Shown here one piece after another: positions 47,308 through 62,600 of a stretch of 64,000 nt of DNA. How positions within the stretch are numbered: position 1 is the stretch's first letter; every line of letters begins with the position of its first letter. The translations under genes and the position numbers were made by a program. The DNA lies in NCBI GenBank assembly GCA_010356995.1, contig ML996703.1:186001-250000 (forward strand). The letters run 5' to 3'. A model generated the notes under the pieces. The model did no database searches and was not told the origin of the DNA. It was given only the letters and a program-made list of their open reading frames with translations. The DNA is from Trichodelitschia bisporula. Taxonomy: Eukaryota.

Positions 47308-49378
47308 CGCGGGGTCGGGAAAGGGTGGAGAGCAGAACGCGGGGCGCGCGGTTGGCCTTGCGTTTGGACAGCAAAGTGGTCTCGGACGAAGATATGCGGA
47401 ATTCGATGTCCGGGAGGTTGTGGTCGTCGTCGGTGCCGCGCGTTCTCAGCTCAGGGGAGCCTGAAGCGAACGCAATCGACGCGCCGTTTCCGCGTAAGAT
47501 AGTCCGGGAAGTAATACCAGTGGTGCGGAAACGTAAATTAGGGAATTGGGAGTGCTAAGTGATGTGGTGATAATAGGGAGACGCTGGATGTGGTCGTGAC
47601 GGCTGAGTTGCGGTGCATGTGCGTTGAGTCCGAGTGGGGTCCGTGCGCGGGCGCGGTCGGCGGTCCGGTGGCGCCGATGGGGAGGCGGGGTTGGGGGGAT
47701 GTGTGGATGAAGACATTGCTGGTTGTTTTGGAGTTTTGGAGTTTGGAGTTTGGTTGCATGATCGAAGGATGGGAGGATGGGATGGAGGATGGCTTGGTGC
47801 TTCCTGGTTTAGCTCGGATGGTTTCCGCAACGATATCACGTTGCTGTTGACGATGCCGAGAGTGATGCCGCTGATGCGAGGCAGGATACTTTATCGTCGG
47901 GTACCCAAGCGCCGGACGATCCTTTGTATGCGCGAAGTGAGCGTGATAAGGTTCAAGTGAGTTACTGGCCTGTCGAGATGCAAGAGACGTTCACTAAACA
48001 CGATAACCACACGCTCATTCCACCACATCATCCAAGGGGTAGCAACGACTGTAAGGGCCCGGCCGGTACCACAGCCTCTCAAGCTCCTTCCCCCAAGATC
48101 ACACGAAAGATCATCAAGGACGGGCCGTCCAGCAATCGGATAGCCAGCCAAATTCCGTCTCGGCAATCCCCAAAACCTGGAGCCGAGCGGCCGGCACCCC
48201 CCCATCCACAACCTATCCCTCCCGTTACACAGCATAAACAAGCAAACAACGGAATCAGGCCTCCACCCCTCGATGACGCTGCCAATCTCAACTCGCGAGC
48301 TGGTACATCCCTCGGCATTTCTGAGCTCTCAACAGATCGATGGCCTCCCAATGATATGACGTCGCCGGACTCAATTATCGCGAACCTCGCTTTGCTGCAA
48401 GGCTGATGCCAAGATTCACGTGATATCAATCACCCATCATCACCACCACTCTTCCACCTACCACCTCCGTCGAAGCCAAATGCCGCAGCGCGTGGTAGCA
48501 CTCTCCAGCTTCGCCGTATGTAATCCAAAATATCTCTCATCCTTATCCTCCAACAGACCCGGCCCTAAAGACGCAATCCTGAGAGGCTAGATTTACTCCG
48601 GAAACCACCACCCGACAGTCTGGATCTGAACAGGGTGAGAGACTTTCAGCATGCGAGTCCTGCAGCCGTCGACCCTGCATCCAGGCCTTGAAGCGAGCGA
48701 CTGTCGACGCGATATCCTATATCGCAGCAAAGTCCTTGCACCGGTGGCCCCTCACCTTATCCTGACCTCAGCACCTCGATCTGCAATCACAACCCCGAAC
48801 ATAGCAATCAAGTGCTTGCCGTGGCAGCACAATTAAGACCTAACCCCGTCCATCAGCCATATATACAGCAAACACCCTGGCACCAAAGACTCAACCGCGT
48901 AGAGAGGCGCCCACCCCGACACCCCGATCTATAATCAGCGCCCAGCCGTTCCTCCATGCGAGTGATAAGGTGGTAGTAGGCAGGTAGCGAGTAAGAGGTA
49001 AAGAGAGAGAGAGAGGGGGTATGATGCGGGGAAGGTAGTCGAAGGGGGTGAGAGGGGCCAGTGTAGAGAAACCAGCAACCGGGAACATCAGAAACCATGC
49101 CCAAAACCTGAAAACGACGAGTAAAGCAAAAGCATCCCCTGGTGTACGCGTTTCGCAATCCGCATACCAACGCCAGCCCCCGAATCTCGCCCTCGAGATT
49201 GACAAGACTTTTGTTGCATCACACCCGCCAACGAGTGCTAACAGCAGCAGACGCCGCATTAGATCAATACGCAAAAATGCACCCGCGAGCAGTAAAAGCC
49301 GCCCCAAAACCCTAGATCGCGCACAAGATCAAAATGCAGACCACCAAAATATCCAAAAACGCGGAATTGCGCTACCCC

Positions 49379-51146
49379 TTACTTCCGCCACCCCACGTTC
49401 CAGATCACATGCGCAATGTCCTTAGCCGTGTTCACCGTGTCAACGACTTTGCTTAGGATTCCAGGGTTCGTCCCGTCTTCCCCGTCGTCCGGCATCAGCA
49501 TGCCGCTCTCTGTGCGACGTAGACCCCCACTCGAGCCCTGTCCTCCACCGGGCGAAGGAGATCGTCTGGTCCCGCGCTCCCGTGCAACCGCTGTGCTATC
49601 CCTCCGCGTAAGTTTGGGCGAAGGATTCCACGCCAGGCCATCATCATCGTCGTCGTCATCATCGTCGTCCTCCTCCGCAAGCAGAAAGTTGCGCGTCGGG
49701 TCCGATGGGCGGAGCGTCTCCTGTGAAGGCGATGGTGACAGCTTGCCGGACTTCCAGAAAACATGGCCGATGGAATGATTAGGCTGCTCAGGAAAATCGG
49801 GGGACTCGGTGCGGTATTTGAGCGTGGTGGAGGGTAGCCGTTCGATAGTCTTGCTCTCGGCGATGCTAGATTTTGCGGGCCGCTTACGTGGCGGTTTGCG
49901 CTTCATCGGCATCTTCTTCATCATGACGAGCCCTTCGTCATCGGACGAGTCTTCCTGCGTCGCGAACCACGATTCCTCCTCTTCCTCATCCTCCTCCACT
50001 GCGATGCACTGCTTAACTTCGTCTGCAAAGCGGATGTGCTTGCCGGCATCAGGCGTTTGCAGTCCGGACGTTGAACTGGATGAAGGGTAGTCGGCCGTGC
50101 CTTCGCGGCTCATGGGCTTAGAGGTGATGGGAGAGGCGACGAAATCAGACTGCGCGCGGCCAAGGAGCGGACGGTCTCGTATTCGCGCGCGCGAGCTCTG
50201 TTGCGCCTGGACTGCTGCCGCAGCTTGCTTGACGAGAGATGATGTGGAAAGGGACTTTTGCAGCATGACTTCCGACATGCTGCGCTTTTTGAGAATAGGT
50301 TTCTTGTTGAGAAACGAATTATTCTTAGAGATTGTGCTGGGCGGGCCTTCTGAGGCGGATTGCGATATGGTATACGTAGATGCCGTCTGCAACGGGCCGT
50401 ACAGCCACGTAACATCGCAGTCCTTAAGCCTGGAACTATCAGTTTCATTTGCACGCTCATCGCGCGCCAGTGCCCTACCAATTGAGCGTATGCGGCGACA
50501 CGGTCTTGAGCTTGTTCTTCTGCTTTGTCCATGTCCGCCACGCCGCATTCTCCAGTCGTGATCGCTCGCCGTAGAGCTTCCGCTTCGACACAACGTGCCG
50601 CCACGAAGACCAAATGTCCTCCTCTCTCCATTCGTGCGACAGGTAGTCGACATGCCGCGTCGGCTCCACCTTTATCGCCGTGTCGTCCTCTGCCACTAGC
50701 ACTGTCTCCAGTCCAGTGGGTGTATCGTCGCTCGTCGGTGATGGCTCGGTGTAGGAATTTTCGGTCCGCGGACTGGGTGGGTCGTCGAAGCTCTCTACGT
50801 AAAAGATGCTACCAGTGTAATTTGAGAGATTCAATTCCTGTAGGGTGGTATCCAGGGTCAGGATAGGCGCAGCGGCGGTTGCAAACGACGCAGTGCTCAA
50901 ATCGACGCGTGAGCTTTGCGAAGAAGAAGTGCTGGACGAGTCTGTCGTTTCATCGTCAGAAAACGGGAAGGCGGCCTTGCGCGACGAAGCGTAGGACATA
51001 TCCGTAGTTGTAGCAGCTCCAGCGAGGTACAATGGACCGTTCGCAGTGGCAGACCGGCGCAAACCGGACGATGCGTAGCGGTCGCGCTGCATGTCGACGA
51101 GGCTGCGGCGCCGCGTGGGCGGCTGCGCAGTGAGGACGTCGGCCAT
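49379..51146 (-). CDS. Protein phosphatase 1 regulatory subunit Reg1/Hex2-like (DUF1752 domain)
   Basis: Intron 50478-50430. EDDTAIKVEPTRHVDYLSHEWREEDIWSSWR..RLENAAWRTW..LNWLKDCDVTWLYGPL, KPILKKRSMSE, PP1-docking-like KHIRF, end VVDTVNTAKDIAHVIWNVGWRK. Confidence 0.9.
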
Positions 51147-53655
51147 GGTGGTGTTGTCGATCAAGGAAAGGGTCTCGCGTCAGAATGGTCCAGGTCCAGG
51201 GCCCTTCACTTCCTCCTCCCCTAAATACCAGTGCGAATGCGTCTGAGAATTCGACATGCGCTTCTTTCACGAAGTCACTTTTTCTTCGCGTTGGGATGGG
51301 GGAGCCTTTTGGAATTGAGGAAGCAGAAGAGGGAAGAGGCGGGATGTCCGTCCCTCTTGCACCTAGAAGCTTCCTAGCATCGCGCGCTTGCACAATGACA
51401 AAGGCGGAGGTCCCGAGATGCTGCAGTACCTGCGCAAGGGAGGTAAGGGAAAAAGGACTGGCTAGCAGTCAAAGAAGAGTAGCTTTAGGATTCGACGATT
51501 CTTTTTTTATTTGGGGGGAAATGAGTGAAGAGGCGGGGAGGGGCGTGGTGTGTGTGGTCGTGGGCACGCGCACGAGTGGATTTTGTCGGCGAATCGGAGG
51601 TCGGGCGGGCGGCCAAAAAGGGTTTGGGGGTGGGGGGAAGCAACGAGGCCAAAAGGATTGCTGCGCTTTTGTCAAGACAGCCGCTTTTGGTGGCGAGCGG
51701 GGAGGCACGTGGGTAAGACTGGAGACTAGATGGAGGTGGAAAGGCGGGGAGAGGCGAACTACAACGGCGGAATGGCAATTGAGCCTTTTGTTCGAGGAAA
51801 GGGGGGGGGGGAGTGGAGAAATGAAGGAAAGAAGTTGAAGAGAACGAAGGGGGGGAAGGATGAGTTCGAAAGAGTGGGGGGAGGTGGAAGGGAGGGGAGG
51901 CTTGGTGTGAGTGTGGAATTCGGCAAGGCGGTAGCGGGAGAGGTGGGGTGCGCGCGGGGAACGGAGCGGGCGGCTGTGATGGGAGACGGGCCACAATTCG
52001 GAACGGAAGATAGGGTATGTGAGCCGTTTGTATGACCCGCGTGTGAGGTGAGGGTGGAGGGGTAGTTTGATACCGGAGAGCTGGGGAAGAAGCTGGAGCA
52101 GAGGGGGGAAGAAGAAGAGGTGAGGGAGAGAGAGGAGAAAGAAGAGGTGAAAGAGAAGCAAGAGCAGTGGGCGAGAGAGTCGACAGAAAAGAGGTCAACA
52201 CGGCACGAACGGCGGGCGGTAGGGCTGGGTTGGATAGGATATCCTAGGGAGGATGTGAACAAGGGGAGGGGAAAGGACGAAGTCAAGAAGTACGTTCTAG
52301 ATATCTGTGGAGCATGGTATATGATGCGAGGCCGGGACGGGATGCAGGGCCCTGGACATTCGACGTTTAGAGGAGGGCATGGAAATCAAGCTACAAAAGC
52401 TACCCAGTAACCTACGTAAGGACGTACGAGGAAATGCAAGCATTGCAAAGTACACTGCAAGAACTGGCAAGCAGAACAAGCTGTGCCTGTACGTACCACC
52501 ATCTTCTTCCTCACATCGTCATTCGCCTCTTATTGCTCGTCTTCATGCGGAATCTCCTCCCCGCCCCCTTCACCTCACACACTCGATGCCATTATCTAAG
52601 CCTTCCTGGTGACCGACTGACCTCGCTCAAGGCATATTTTTCCTTCTTTCTTCTTCCCATTCATTCGCCTTGCTGAGCTGACTTGCTGACTTGCTAGTTC
52701 ACTATTCCGGACTACGGGAAAGGATTATGGCCCTTTTTCTCCTCTACTAATCCCTAAAGCAGTAAGGACACGCACTGTAGGGACAGGTCCAGACTGCGGA
52801 CGCGCACCAGTCTGTGTGTCTAAGAGTTCTGTGCCTGTGCGGGGTGTGCCTGTGATCGGCTGCTTTAGTTTGAAGTTCGCTTAGCCTGGGCGTTCGTATT
52901 CCGATCTCTGGACTGGCGCCAGATGTCGATGCGGTTTGGAGGAAGAGGCCGGAAGTTCGAAGCTATGAGATATGAGTTGATGTTGACAAAACCCATGAGA
53001 TGCACCCAAGATGCAAAGATACCACGCCGGGAACCCTCTCTACACTCCACCACCACAGGCGTGGGGCTCTCCTAGCCAACTGCTCGCATGCCGGCTGGCA
53101 GATGACCTCGCAGCGCGCGCCGCACGGCGGTACATCGCGCAGGCAGACGACGAAAAAGCGTCGATAAGCCCACGCCGTCGTACCTGTTGAATGCGTCTTG
53201 GAAACACACCTTCTACGCCTTGCAGCTACTCCCATCCCCCCTCTCTTCCTCTCTTCCTCATCTAACTGCTCTCTTGCCTTTGCCTCAGATTACCGCCCCA
53301 ATGCATGACTCGGCCCGGGGGCCTTCCCTGTGATGCCGTTTCGTAACAGCAATTGGCCTCGCGCGACAGCACCCAACGCTGCCTTGCCCACCATGTGGCC
53401 GCGCGCACGGCTCATTCGTCGTCACTTTTCCATCGCGAGTGGTCGGTTGATGTCAACGACGAGGCCAGTCGTGGACAGCAGTCAGACGGCAAATGTAGCC
53501 GCGTCGTCATCGTCGTGATCGAAAGAGTGCTGGAATCAAGATGTCAGAGAGAATTGTAACTCCGTCTCTTGTTTTCCTCTTTCCTCTGCTCTTTCCTACC
53601 TACCGTAGTCAGATAGTCGCTTCCCCATGGCCAACCCCCCCCCCCCCCCCCCCCC

Positions 53656-53680
53656 NNNNNNNNNNNNNNNNNNNNNNNNN
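53656..53680. other. Assembly gap (N run) next to a poly-C tract
   Basis: Run of n characters after a long C homopolymer. Confidence 1.
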
Positions 53681-56600
53681 CCTATCTCATTGCCAATCAA
53701 TGCATCCAAGGGTTGGTAACGCTCCACCCTCCATATTGCAGCTGTACCCGCCCCGGCACCATTTTCACTGCAGAAACCACATCAGTCTTGCATCTCGACT
53801 CTCCGCTACGAGGGAAACGAAGACCGGGAGGAGGGGATACACCTGGCAAATGCAGCCGGCGAATCCGGTTGCGGAGGACATAGATTGAGGTTGAAAGTTG
53901 GAAGCCACAGCGAGCACCAAGCAAGAAGCGGGCAGCGAGAAGCAAAGTGGGCCGCGGCCGTGCACTCATCCCATTCTCTTCCTCGATTCTTCCCCTCTCT
54001 GCCTTCATTCTCTCACCCGGGTGCTGATGCCGGCAATGGCGAGCGAGCGTATGAGCTCCAGTGACAGACCGCTCTTTCCGTAGGAGTCGCCGGGATGGGG
54101 AAGCGTCATCCGCTCGCTCCCCGACCATCCCTCCATTCAGGCCGGCACGTTGGCGTAGACAAGCCGCTCTCCTCTTTTCCATAAGTCAAGATGAAAAGTC
54201 AAGAACAGAGCCAAATTTCCTCGAAGCGTTAGCGTGTCGTGTGGTCCAGCCTCAAGAGCTGCAGTGCCGTCGTTTTCGACCTGCGCCCCTCACGATGGAC
54301 GTCGCATTGGCCTTGTGAGCCGCACTCTCGTGATGGAACCTATCGATGCTCTGGTAGCGCGCCCACGTCCGCTTTATGTACAATCCGCCCACCCCCCAAA
54401 CCGCGCAAGCGGGCACACCTCACGATGTCCCCTCCACGTCCCACGACCCAAACACCCGGGGGCACCACGGACGGTTCTCGCTCTGCGGGCGTGCAGTTCG
54501 TGCGTGACCCCGTCCAGCCAGCGACAGCGGCCACCACCGCCTAGTTCTAGTGCTGCGACCAAGACGCGAGAGACCACCATTCGCGCGTCTGGCCCCCCGC
54601 CACCGATGGCGAGTCCTCGCGGCGTGTGTGCGACCACAGGCGGGCGCGCGTCGAAATCGCCCTAACCCCCACACAACGGGCGCCCGGGGCTAATAAGCCT
54701 CAAAAGTCTAAACGTGGACCCCGCCACATCGTGGCCTGCACTACCGTGGACTGTGCTGGCCTATTTTTTGGTGGCTTGGAGATTGCGACCAATCGATCAG
54801 ATAGAGATGGCGTGGTGTTTGTCAGAGAGTCAAGGATCTGGGAGTGGGAAAAGATGGATGATGAGAGGAAGTTGGCTTGGGCTTTTGTCGTTGGTCCTTC
54901 TAGAATACAACCGCGACAGTGAAACGTTCCCCATCCCGGCACCTCATTGTATCACGGGGTGATGTGATAGCGTAGTGAGGCCGCTCACTCATCGTGCTAG
55001 TGTTCCGTATAAACCCTAACAGCAGCATCAGAGAGCATCATCAGAGGTGAAGCAAAGAGAGAACCCGAAACATCCCGCAGATCATTCTTCCGCACCTCCC
55101 CGCTTCCGCATCGACGCGTACGGGTTACTAGTCAAGACCGCCGGTAACTCCGTTACTTCCTCTCTGGCTTCTAGACTGGCAAAGCCGCCAACTCATCGTC
55201 CGATCCGAGTTCGCATCGGGAAGCAGCAGCGACTATCCTGGCATAGAAGCCGCCGACCCCTCCCGTTCCCTCAACGTCCTCAGCCCATTTCATCAGCTAA
55301 ACAACTAGGTCTCCCCCCTGCTCAGGCACATGCTACATATTATCGTCAAGCCCCCCCGCTGACAGCTCCTCTGAAGCTGACAACCGCGCATATATACACC
55401 AGGATGTCCACTCCTTATATGCTGCATCCGCGCGGTCCGTCCAATTAGCGACCAACCGTTGCGGCGCGGCTGGCAGGGGAATTACGAGCGGGGTCGGGCC
55501 GTGCCAGCCCTGCGGCGGGGTTGGCGGAGGGGTCGGTGGGGGGACGGGGTGCTGGGAGAGAGGTAAGTTAAGGGAAGCAATTACGCCGGCATAGGAATAG
55601 CAGAGGAATTGGGGCATCCAAGGGTAACGTCATGCTCACCGGGACTATATCTTTATCTTTTGCGGGTCCCCAATCTACCCGGTCGCACTGCAGCCGTACC
55701 GCGGACACGGCGTTCTGATATCACTCCATTAGCTGCCGGTATGCCCGTGTTCTCGTGCAGATGCAAATGCGGTCGAATATACATTGAAGGTATCGACATC
55801 TATCTCCACAGGCTACTGGTACTTGTTAACTCACAGCTCACCATGCTTCCGCGGAGGAACCGTGCTTGGTTGCACAACCGCACTCTAGCAACGCATGCAA
55901 GCTGCAGGCTGGGGAGAGGAGGGGAGGGAAGGGAAGGAGATAGAGTAGGAGCGATTGAATGCGCAGAGCGGAGACGGGAGATGTGCGCATGTCGGTTTTG
56001 AGACAAGGCAAGGGGCGGAGCTGGCGACATCGATGCTGGCGACGGCGGACATCATGTGCTTCGGTTACATTGGTGATGGGCATTTGATGCGACGCAAGCT
56101 TACCATTGCGCTTTAACGACGATGCCAAATAGGCGGCCTAGACTCGCCACATAGCTGCAGCCTCGTCCAGCCTCGTCCATGTCTGCAGGCGGCCATTTTC
56201 TTTGGTCAAAAGTCCACATGTCGGTCCCTCTCCATGCTCGCACCCCGACTTCCCTCCCCTCGACCCACAGAGACGTCGCCATCCAACAGCACAGCAAATC
56301 AATACATGCCCAGCACGCCACCGACATAGTCATGAGCCACAGCGGATCCACAATTCACTAAAGATACTCCGTGAACCCACAACCAGGCCCCGCTTTTGCC
56401 CGCTTCGACCCCGTTTTTCTCTTCACCTGGTCGGGGAAGCAGTGGAGGCGTGAACCGCTCTCCACCGTCGACCTGACGTGGGGTACAATACTGCCGACCG
56501 TATCTCGACTGAATGGTGTGCTCCGGGATGATTTCATTACGAATTTGTCTTCCCTACAGGCCATGAGGTTCGTCAGCGTGGAACTCGTGGAAGACAGCAC

Positions 56601-59600
56601 GTGGAAGTGTTTCCATTGCAACCGAAATGGTACGAGCATGATGTCATGGTGTTGTTGTCGAACGACATGCAGCGGAGAGGACCGGATTGATGTCCGCGTT
56701 GACGAAGGCAAACCTCCCGTTCGATGTCAGACACTATTTTCTCTAGCAGTAGGCTGATACTGAAGTTGCGCAGGATAGGTCACGATAGTCTTGTGGTCTA
56801 CTAGTTCTACTACGTACGAAGTGGTGCCCGTTAGCCCCGCCGGTCTGCCACCCCCCCACCTCAACCGGTTATCACCCCTAACCTGTGGACCCCGAGCCAA
56901 ACATCACGCTCCAGTGGAGCCTTTTATCACAGTACGAGCCAGAGTATGGCGACATCAGCCATGGAGGGCCTTACAAAGTGTAGAACCGAGAAAATGCCAC
57001 AGTTGGGAACCAAGGTTCTGATGGCTTCAGCGGGAGACCCTTTATTCGCTAATGCTGATAAACACATTTCACCTCGGAGTTCCCACTTAAACGGATCATA
57101 TTTCGATGATCTTCATATTGAACGCTCCAGACCCCCACACCCCACATCACACCTTCCCACAGCCAGCCACAGCCCCCGCGCGAGCCGTTTCTAGATGCAC
57201 TCCGTACTAGAAGCAGGAACGGCCGGGGTTGCCGTGGGGAAAAACCGTGGGGTAAGAGCGTGGGGGTGGAGGCATGGGGTTAACCAAGTTCAGCCACGGC
57301 GTTTCGTGTTGGTTGAGCTTTGCTGAGGAGGGAAAGCGGATGCGGTGAGAGGAGTTGGCAGTGTAGAGGTCACGCGGATGGTTGGAGGTGCTGACGTAGG
57401 CTGTTGATGCCGGTGGCCGAGTCTGGGTACTAGCGCCGGTAGTGAACCTTCGTCACTTCGGGTCGGCCCGAACCGCTATCGTCGGGCCGATTTTGGGTGT
57501 CCGGAGGTTGGATGGCTGCCGATCCCCTTTCAGGCCTACCATATCTTGTCGTTGCCACGTGCAGTTACGTACCCTGCGGAGCGTGGTGACGAAGCATGGT
57601 GACGAAGGCGTGACTCCAATGGTCTGCTTCGTTGCATCCACAAGTTGACTGTCACTGTCGTCCCAGCTGTCATTCGGATTAACTGTCTCTATGGTGAAGA
57701 GTAAAGCCACCTATGCTTCGTGACTCGAACTTGGCGTCGAAAAGCGCAAACAGACGATGGCCTCGGGAATGGCGCGGACACATATTAGACTGTTAGCAAG
57801 ACCGAGTTCGGTATGCGCCCCGGCTTCGCAATCTGGCACATGCCAAACTCAACACTCCAAGTGTAAACAGAGCAAAAGCCACCGGGCACCCTCTAGCGTA
57901 CGGTAAAGTCGACTCACGGTCCCAAAGCAGAGAGTGGCGAGCCTGGCCAGCCCAGCCGTTGTTAACAACGTACCACAAGCACCGCCCTTGATGAGTCAAT
58001 GATCTTGAACTGGCTGCAACTCCGATCTCAGCCCCACATTTTCGATCCCAGCCCTACACCAACCCTAGATCCGTGCCCCGCGCCATACCATACACCATCA
58101 TCGCCTCTCCTTATCAAACACCAAGCGTATTCCCAACGGCGTCCGTACGACCGAAGACTCCGGGACCGATTTCATGATAAACTCGCTCAAACGGATACCC
58201 ACGTTGCGGCGTCGCTGGTTTCAGTTCACCACAGCCAACAACGGCTGTCACACACTTCGCTGGGAGAGAAGATACCAGAATCTCGGATCAGCTAATTGGC
58301 CCGGTCGTTGGTCTCCGCTAGAGACGGCAGTTGGTCTCCGCGCTCCAATATACGGTTCCCACTACGTTGTTCAAAGGCCGTCCAGGCGTTGCGTCCTGGT
58401 GCCCTGAGGCTTCGGTTGACCGTTACCAGTATGTTGGGCGGATGGTCAGCCTGTGAAACTGAGAAGGTGGGCGAGCTGCTTCGTGCCTGGCTGTAGGCTC
58501 GCGCCACGCGGGTGCGTGCGCAGCTTGTGCTATCAGAAACGACGGCACTTTCGTCACGGTGGGGTTGCCTGTGGCGAGATTTTCGACGGACTGTGCAACC
58601 AAAAACGGCTTATATTCAAAGAAACGCACAACAAGCAATGAGCGGAACGATCGAGGACCGAGAACCGGGAGAGAGCGGGAATGAGCAATTCCAATAGGGC
58701 TGGGGGGCGACGGCACTGTGGTTAACGCTCAGCTCGCCCTGGGCCCAATATTGAGAAGATCTGGAATAACCTCAGTGGTACAGGAGTCACGTTGACTGGA
58801 GCCACAAGTCTAACGCGGCGTGACGGTTGCCGAAGTTGCGCGAGCTACGAGCCGTTGACGCGGTGCGAGGACGGGACTTAGTAAGTGACGATATACGTTG
58901 TGGTGTGATATGGAGTCAATGCTAGGCGGTATCTGGTGTGACCATTCTATTCCATGAAGGGTAAGGTGAGGTTTACCGTTCAGTCGCGCTGTTGATGGCG
59001 TAGGAGTACCGGTATGGCACAAGCATTGCTGGCCGTGGAGTAGAATGATTGTCTCCAAAAATAGTCCATCGCAATGACTCCCGTCTAAGTGGTATCTGCC
59101 CATATCGGCGGAGGGTGAGGGTTGCCGGAAGGAGGATCTCTCCGTAGGCCGGGGCACATTTCACCATACTCTGTCATTGCCCCAGCTAGTTCGTCTTTGC
59201 GGTTGCATCGTCGATGCTGGTATGACTTTGAGCTTTTCAGTGCCGCCGTCACACTGCATGCACCTCTCAAGGTCGCTCGGATTGCGGCATTTGTCGGATC
59301 CTGACCACAGCATCAACGGTGATGTTTCTTTGTCAACTGAGCCCTCGCCCTCATTCCATTGTCATTTTTCGCGGAGATTAAGACCGCTTTGGAGAGACGG
59401 CGCCAGTGCACTGTGTTCCCGGGATTCAGGACTCCAGTGTGTGGCTAAACGCGCCGTTCGGAAAACTGCGGACATCAGTGAGAGGAAAGTGCATCACAAC
59501 GCCCAACGAACGAAAAACTAACAATGTCAAGAGCAGATCTAGCACACTGATGAACTACAGATCCCTAACCTATATCTGCCCCGATATTGCAGCTGAGACG

Positions 59601-62600
59601 TACCTTTGAGCTGTCACGATGTCCACGATGTCGTATCACACATGCTCAGCGTGGCTCCGGGAACCGAAACGGCGCAGCGGCTGTACAGCATGCCACGTGC
59701 ATTTCGACGATGGCCGTCCATCATGGGCACGGCATTAGCTCGACCTCGGGCTGAATCGTGGCGAGTATACTCAAAGGGATCCTGTAAAGTGAGCAGCACT
59801 TGCTCGCGCAGCCAGCGCTGTACTCCGCATTGCCGGTTACCCATGGATTCCGGACATTTCTCCGCAGCAAGGTATGTGTGAAAGAGCACGTCTTGCTGCA
59901 CCTAGGCGTCGATAAGTTCTGGGGTTGATGAACATATCGATCGATGTTGTGTTCCTGTTGCTGTTCAAACTGCACTAGTTCTAAGCACTGCACTTTCCCT
60001 TCAAATCCCGCGCCCGATGCGACTACTGTGATGCAGCGTTCAATCCGATGACCTGGCACACGTTTAGTGATCAGGTTCTCGTCGAATTGGCCACTTGCCT
60101 CTGCGCTCGGAAATCGCACCACGATAACCATCAAGCAATCGTACTTTGCCATGCTGGCCACGCTAACTTTCAACCACATTTCGTATTCCCGTCTCCCCGG
60201 AACCCTCCCCGACACTTTAATGCGGTAGGTTGTTGGCCGAACTATCCCACTCGAAGCGGGTTGTAGTGCGAAAAGTGCTTCTTCGGGCCCGATAGGCCAA
60301 AGCCGAAAGACCCCGATGTCACGGGACATTCGACCTTCACAACTTTGGAGGTAAGCTGCAAACCCAACTTCTTTGACATTGTCGAGCTGACAAGAGGTGA
60401 AGCGCGATCGGCAACATCCGTCGACATCTCGACTCCGCCCAATGTCTCACGATGAAGAGGCGCGATCGACAAGATACCATCGCATTCCCGCCTCACGGCT
60501 CCTGCAGCCCCCATCGGAGCAGTGACCGTCCTTCCCCATCCCGTTAGCGCCTCCACACCAGCACCCCAATTCAAACCCGCGGGGAACTCCAAGCCCCCAC
60601 CAAGCCCACAGGACGTCGCCATCGCTCCAATCAGCACCCGCAAAACGCAGGGCCCAGGTCGCCGGACCCGCGCCCCATCCGAACAACAGGCACAACGCCA
60701 AATCGAGCACCCATCGGTCTTCGTCGTCGGACATCGGAAACGGCAGACATGCAGAACCTGCTTTCGCGAACGGGATGTCGCCGGATCGCGCCCTGCGTTG
60801 CTGACGGCCCCGCCCCGCCTGCACGGCCAATACGGCGACCAATACGGGACGCCCTGCTGGACGCGGGGCTAGCAACGGCACTGCGGCTGTCGTTGCGGCA
60901 GCCTGGGGCGGGAGTGCCTACGGCCGCCGGGCCTCCCCGCCGAAGGAGGACCGGCGAAGGGGGCAGCTTATCAGATACCAGGCGCGGAGGCAGGCTAGTG
61001 TACTGCGTAGCGGGGGATAACATCTTGCGCCCACGCCCACGCGGCCGGACGCTGTCCGGGGCGCATGGGCCAAGACATGCACGGCGCTCCGCGTGCATGC
61101 CGAGATGCTGCATGGGCGAGACGGGGCGGCGTTATTCGCGGGATCGGGGCGGGGAGGGTATGGGCGCACGGATGGGCCATGCTGGCCATGCTGTTTCCAT
61201 GTGACAGATCGCGCGGCTGATGCGGAGGCTGCTGCATTGAGGTGTGGCGTCTGCGGGTGGGATTTGCTTTTATATCCGAGCCGGGTTCGGGGCTCCTACG
61301 TCGTGACCACATCCGAAGTTTTGGGCTTTCGACGGCAATTAGGATTGGCAACTATGCGGTTGTGAGGCGCTTTGTTTGGCTTTGTTGATTTTACTAGCCG
61401 CTTTATGATGGGGTTTCGGGGCTGGCACGTGGATCCTCAACATCCACGTCTCGGTATCGTCGACATCGCTTAGCTTACCAACGTCGAAATTCAGACCCCG
61501 TGTTGCAGTTTACTCTGCTATGATAAGCTATCTCGTGACTTCGCTTCATCCACGCGGTTTGGAGAGACACCAAAGGTAGTGAGCACCGTAGCTAGAATTG
61601 CAACATCACCAACCCAGAATCAGCATCGTTCAACCCACATAGTCATAAACCCCTCCCCTGACCACCATCTCCAGTTCTGGAGTGAATAGACCGTATTCCT
61701 GCTCATGCGAAGCTCATGCAGGCTCATCGAAGATGATACACCATAATCGATTCCTATTACACCAATGCTCTGCGTGTCGCCCGGTGGCAGAACTCAAAAC
61801 TTCCCTTCCGTAACCGAAAAATATATGCCCCTACTGACGGCTCTCAGGCCCGAAAGAAGACGTGTTGCACCGAAAAGCGACGACGTCCTCAGGTCACGTG
61901 CCGTTTCTTCCACATACGACTTTCAGCGCCGATGAGGCTGAAGGATCCGGTGATGACATTACCTGGCTACCGGTTGAATCTCGTAGAACCGAATCGCGGG
62001 CGATGTAACTGGCTGGGTCTGCACCGTCCGTTTAGCCTTCTCCCACCCATGTCTGAGACACCTAAGGGAAATGGTTCCGCACGTATCGACGATATCACGA
62101 TGTCTTGCAGAATCTGCACTGCGGAAATTAGCCAGCTACCAGCAGCCGCGGATGCTTTCACTGTTGCAAGCGGCCAAAGTACGACCTAGCGGATAGCCGA
62201 TGCTCTTTTGCTCATCGGCTACCAACAAAGTTGCTACATGATATCGGCGCTGAGAAACCGCCCAGTCATCGGCCATCCAGCCCTCACGGCTAGAACTAAG
62301 GACTTCCCCAGATGTGTAATCAACCGCCTCGCCGACAGTCCCCAAACAGGTACATCGGTACGGGCAACCCAAGTTCGACTGGAGAAGCCCTCCCAGGTTC
62401 CATGCCATTTCAATCTACTGGAAACGTGACACTCCCGCACCCCTGCACGCGGCGGCAAGACTGACGATTTGTATCGCCGACTCGAAAGCTCTTAGATGAT
62501 GTGCAGCGGGCACTAAAACCAACAGAGAAAAGGCAGATCTAGCACTCAGGGCGAAATGGCGAGGCCTTGCGGAAGGTATCGGGCCAAATCGGTGGTGAGC

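Noticed and set aside
59721..60643. ORFs of 133-202 aa and a plus-strand RCDYCDAAF zinc-finger-like snippet
   Set aside because: No complete C2H2 spacing, no coherent exon structure and no recognisable family.
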